Shown in pieces: positions 63,701-64,000 of a stretch of DNA of 64,000 nucleotides. Position numbers and translations under genes: made by a program. The number at the start of each line of letters is the position of its first letter. Position 1 is the first letter of the stretch. Under the pieces are notes generated by a model. It was not told the DNA's origin, did no database searches, and saw nothing but the letters and a program-made list of their open reading frames with translations. Origin of the DNA: the human T2T-CHM13v2.0 reference genome, Homo sapiens; the NCBI RefSeq assembly GCF_009914755.1, contig NC_060937.1; one strand, 5' to 3'.

Positions 63701-64000
63701 TATATACTGTACATATAATATCAATGTACCCCAAATATATATTTTATACTCTACATGAAATATCAAATTTCACAAACCATACATTATATACTGTACATAA
63801 AATATCAAAGTACCCAAGGTATATATTCTATACTGTACAAAAAATATCAAAGTACCCAAAGCATGTATTATATACTGTACATAAAATATGAAAGTACATC
63901 AAATATATATTTTATTCTGTACATAAAATATCAAAGTACACCAGATATATATTCTATAGTGTACATAAAATAACAAAGTACACAAACTATAAATTCTATA

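Larger units (their letters stand above)
286..63973 (+). repeat. 373-bp HOR variant (5-bp deletion in monomer m9) interspersed with 378-bp units
   Basis: m9 reads either aatatatattatattaggtac or aatatatattaggtac. The short form creates the recurrent 'MKLHQIYIRY' ORF starts spaced 373 bp (286/659, 19301/19674, 30418/30791/31164, 62145/62518/62891) or 751 bp (13746/14497, 17127/17878, 25120/25871, 53449/54200/54951). Confidence 0.92.
1..64000 (+). repeat. HSat1A (satellite I / SAR) tandem array: 42-bp AT-rich monomer in a 378-bp 9-mer higher-order repeat
   Basis: A 42-bp unit repeats through the whole window. GTAC (RsaI) sites alternate at 17 and 25 bp (ACATAAAATATCAAAGT + ACCCAAACTATACATTATATACTGT), the classical satellite I signature. 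Nine distinguishable monomers recur in fixed order (126-aa period in the ORF track; 10965->11343 and 40621->40999->41377 are 378 apart). The + strand is A-rich throughout. Confidence 0.96.

Noticed and set aside
286-63973. Numerous ORFs encoding Y/I/K-rich 14-aa repeat proteins, and a few minus-strand ORFs
   Set aside because: They are direct translations of the satellite. Starts and stops are set by recurrent variants (the 5-bp deletion, TAT->TAA), there is no unique domain, and frameshifts are tolerated everywhere.
1-64000. CRISPR-like array (constant 17-bp part plus variable 25-bp part)
   Set aside because: The 'spacers' are homologous to one another and cycle with period 9. There are no unique spacers, leader or cas genes.
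1-64000. Alpha satellite, HSat2/3 or HSat1B
   Set aside because: There is no 171-bp period or CENP-B box, no CATTC pentamers, and no Alu-derived segment or ~2.4-kb unit.
1-64000. Transposon insertion or inversion breakpoint
   Set aside because: Reading through the window I found no non-satellite or GC-rich segment, poly-A tail or strand switch. A very short insertion could have been missed by eye.
1-64000. TATA-box-like and polyadenylation-like motifs, and TGTACA palindromes as regulatory sites
   Set aside because: These are expected in every monomer of an AT-rich repeat and have no gene context.
1-64000. Assignment to a specific chromosome (3, 4, 13 or another acrocentric)
   Set aside because: This requires alignment to a T2T assembly and is not supportable from inspection.

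Overview
The whole 64 kb window is one uninterrupted, very AT-rich tandem satellite array in a single orientation. The monomer is 42 bp (e.g. tacataaaatatcaaagtacccaaactatacattatatactg) with GTAC sites spaced 17 and 25 bp apart. Nine diverged monomers form a 378-bp higher-order repeat (HOR), and a common 373-bp variant carries a 5-bp deletion. This matches human satellite 1A (HSat1A / classical satellite I / SAR), found at peri/centromeres and acrocentric short arms; I cannot assign a chromosome from sequence alone. Monomers are numbered m1-m9 by their frame translation: m1 YESTSNIDYIL, m2 YQSTPNIYYIL, m3 YMKYQSSQT, m4 YQSTQGIYSIL, m5 YKKYQSTQSM, m6 YESTSNIYFIL, m7 YQSTPDIYSIV, m8 YQSTQTIHYIL, m9 YEITSNIYYIR. 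All ORFs are artefacts of a 42-bp unit with one stop-free frame. I see no gene, RNA gene, transposon or CRISPR array, and I cannot support a novel gene-based system here. The informative signal is the array's internal architecture: HOR haplotypes, whole-monomer indels, tandem and dispersed block duplications, and a diverged island at about 41.9-48.2 kb with its own 17-mer/34-mer periodicity. Offsets were derived by hand from rare marker variants and ORF-track coordinates, so block boundaries are approximate.
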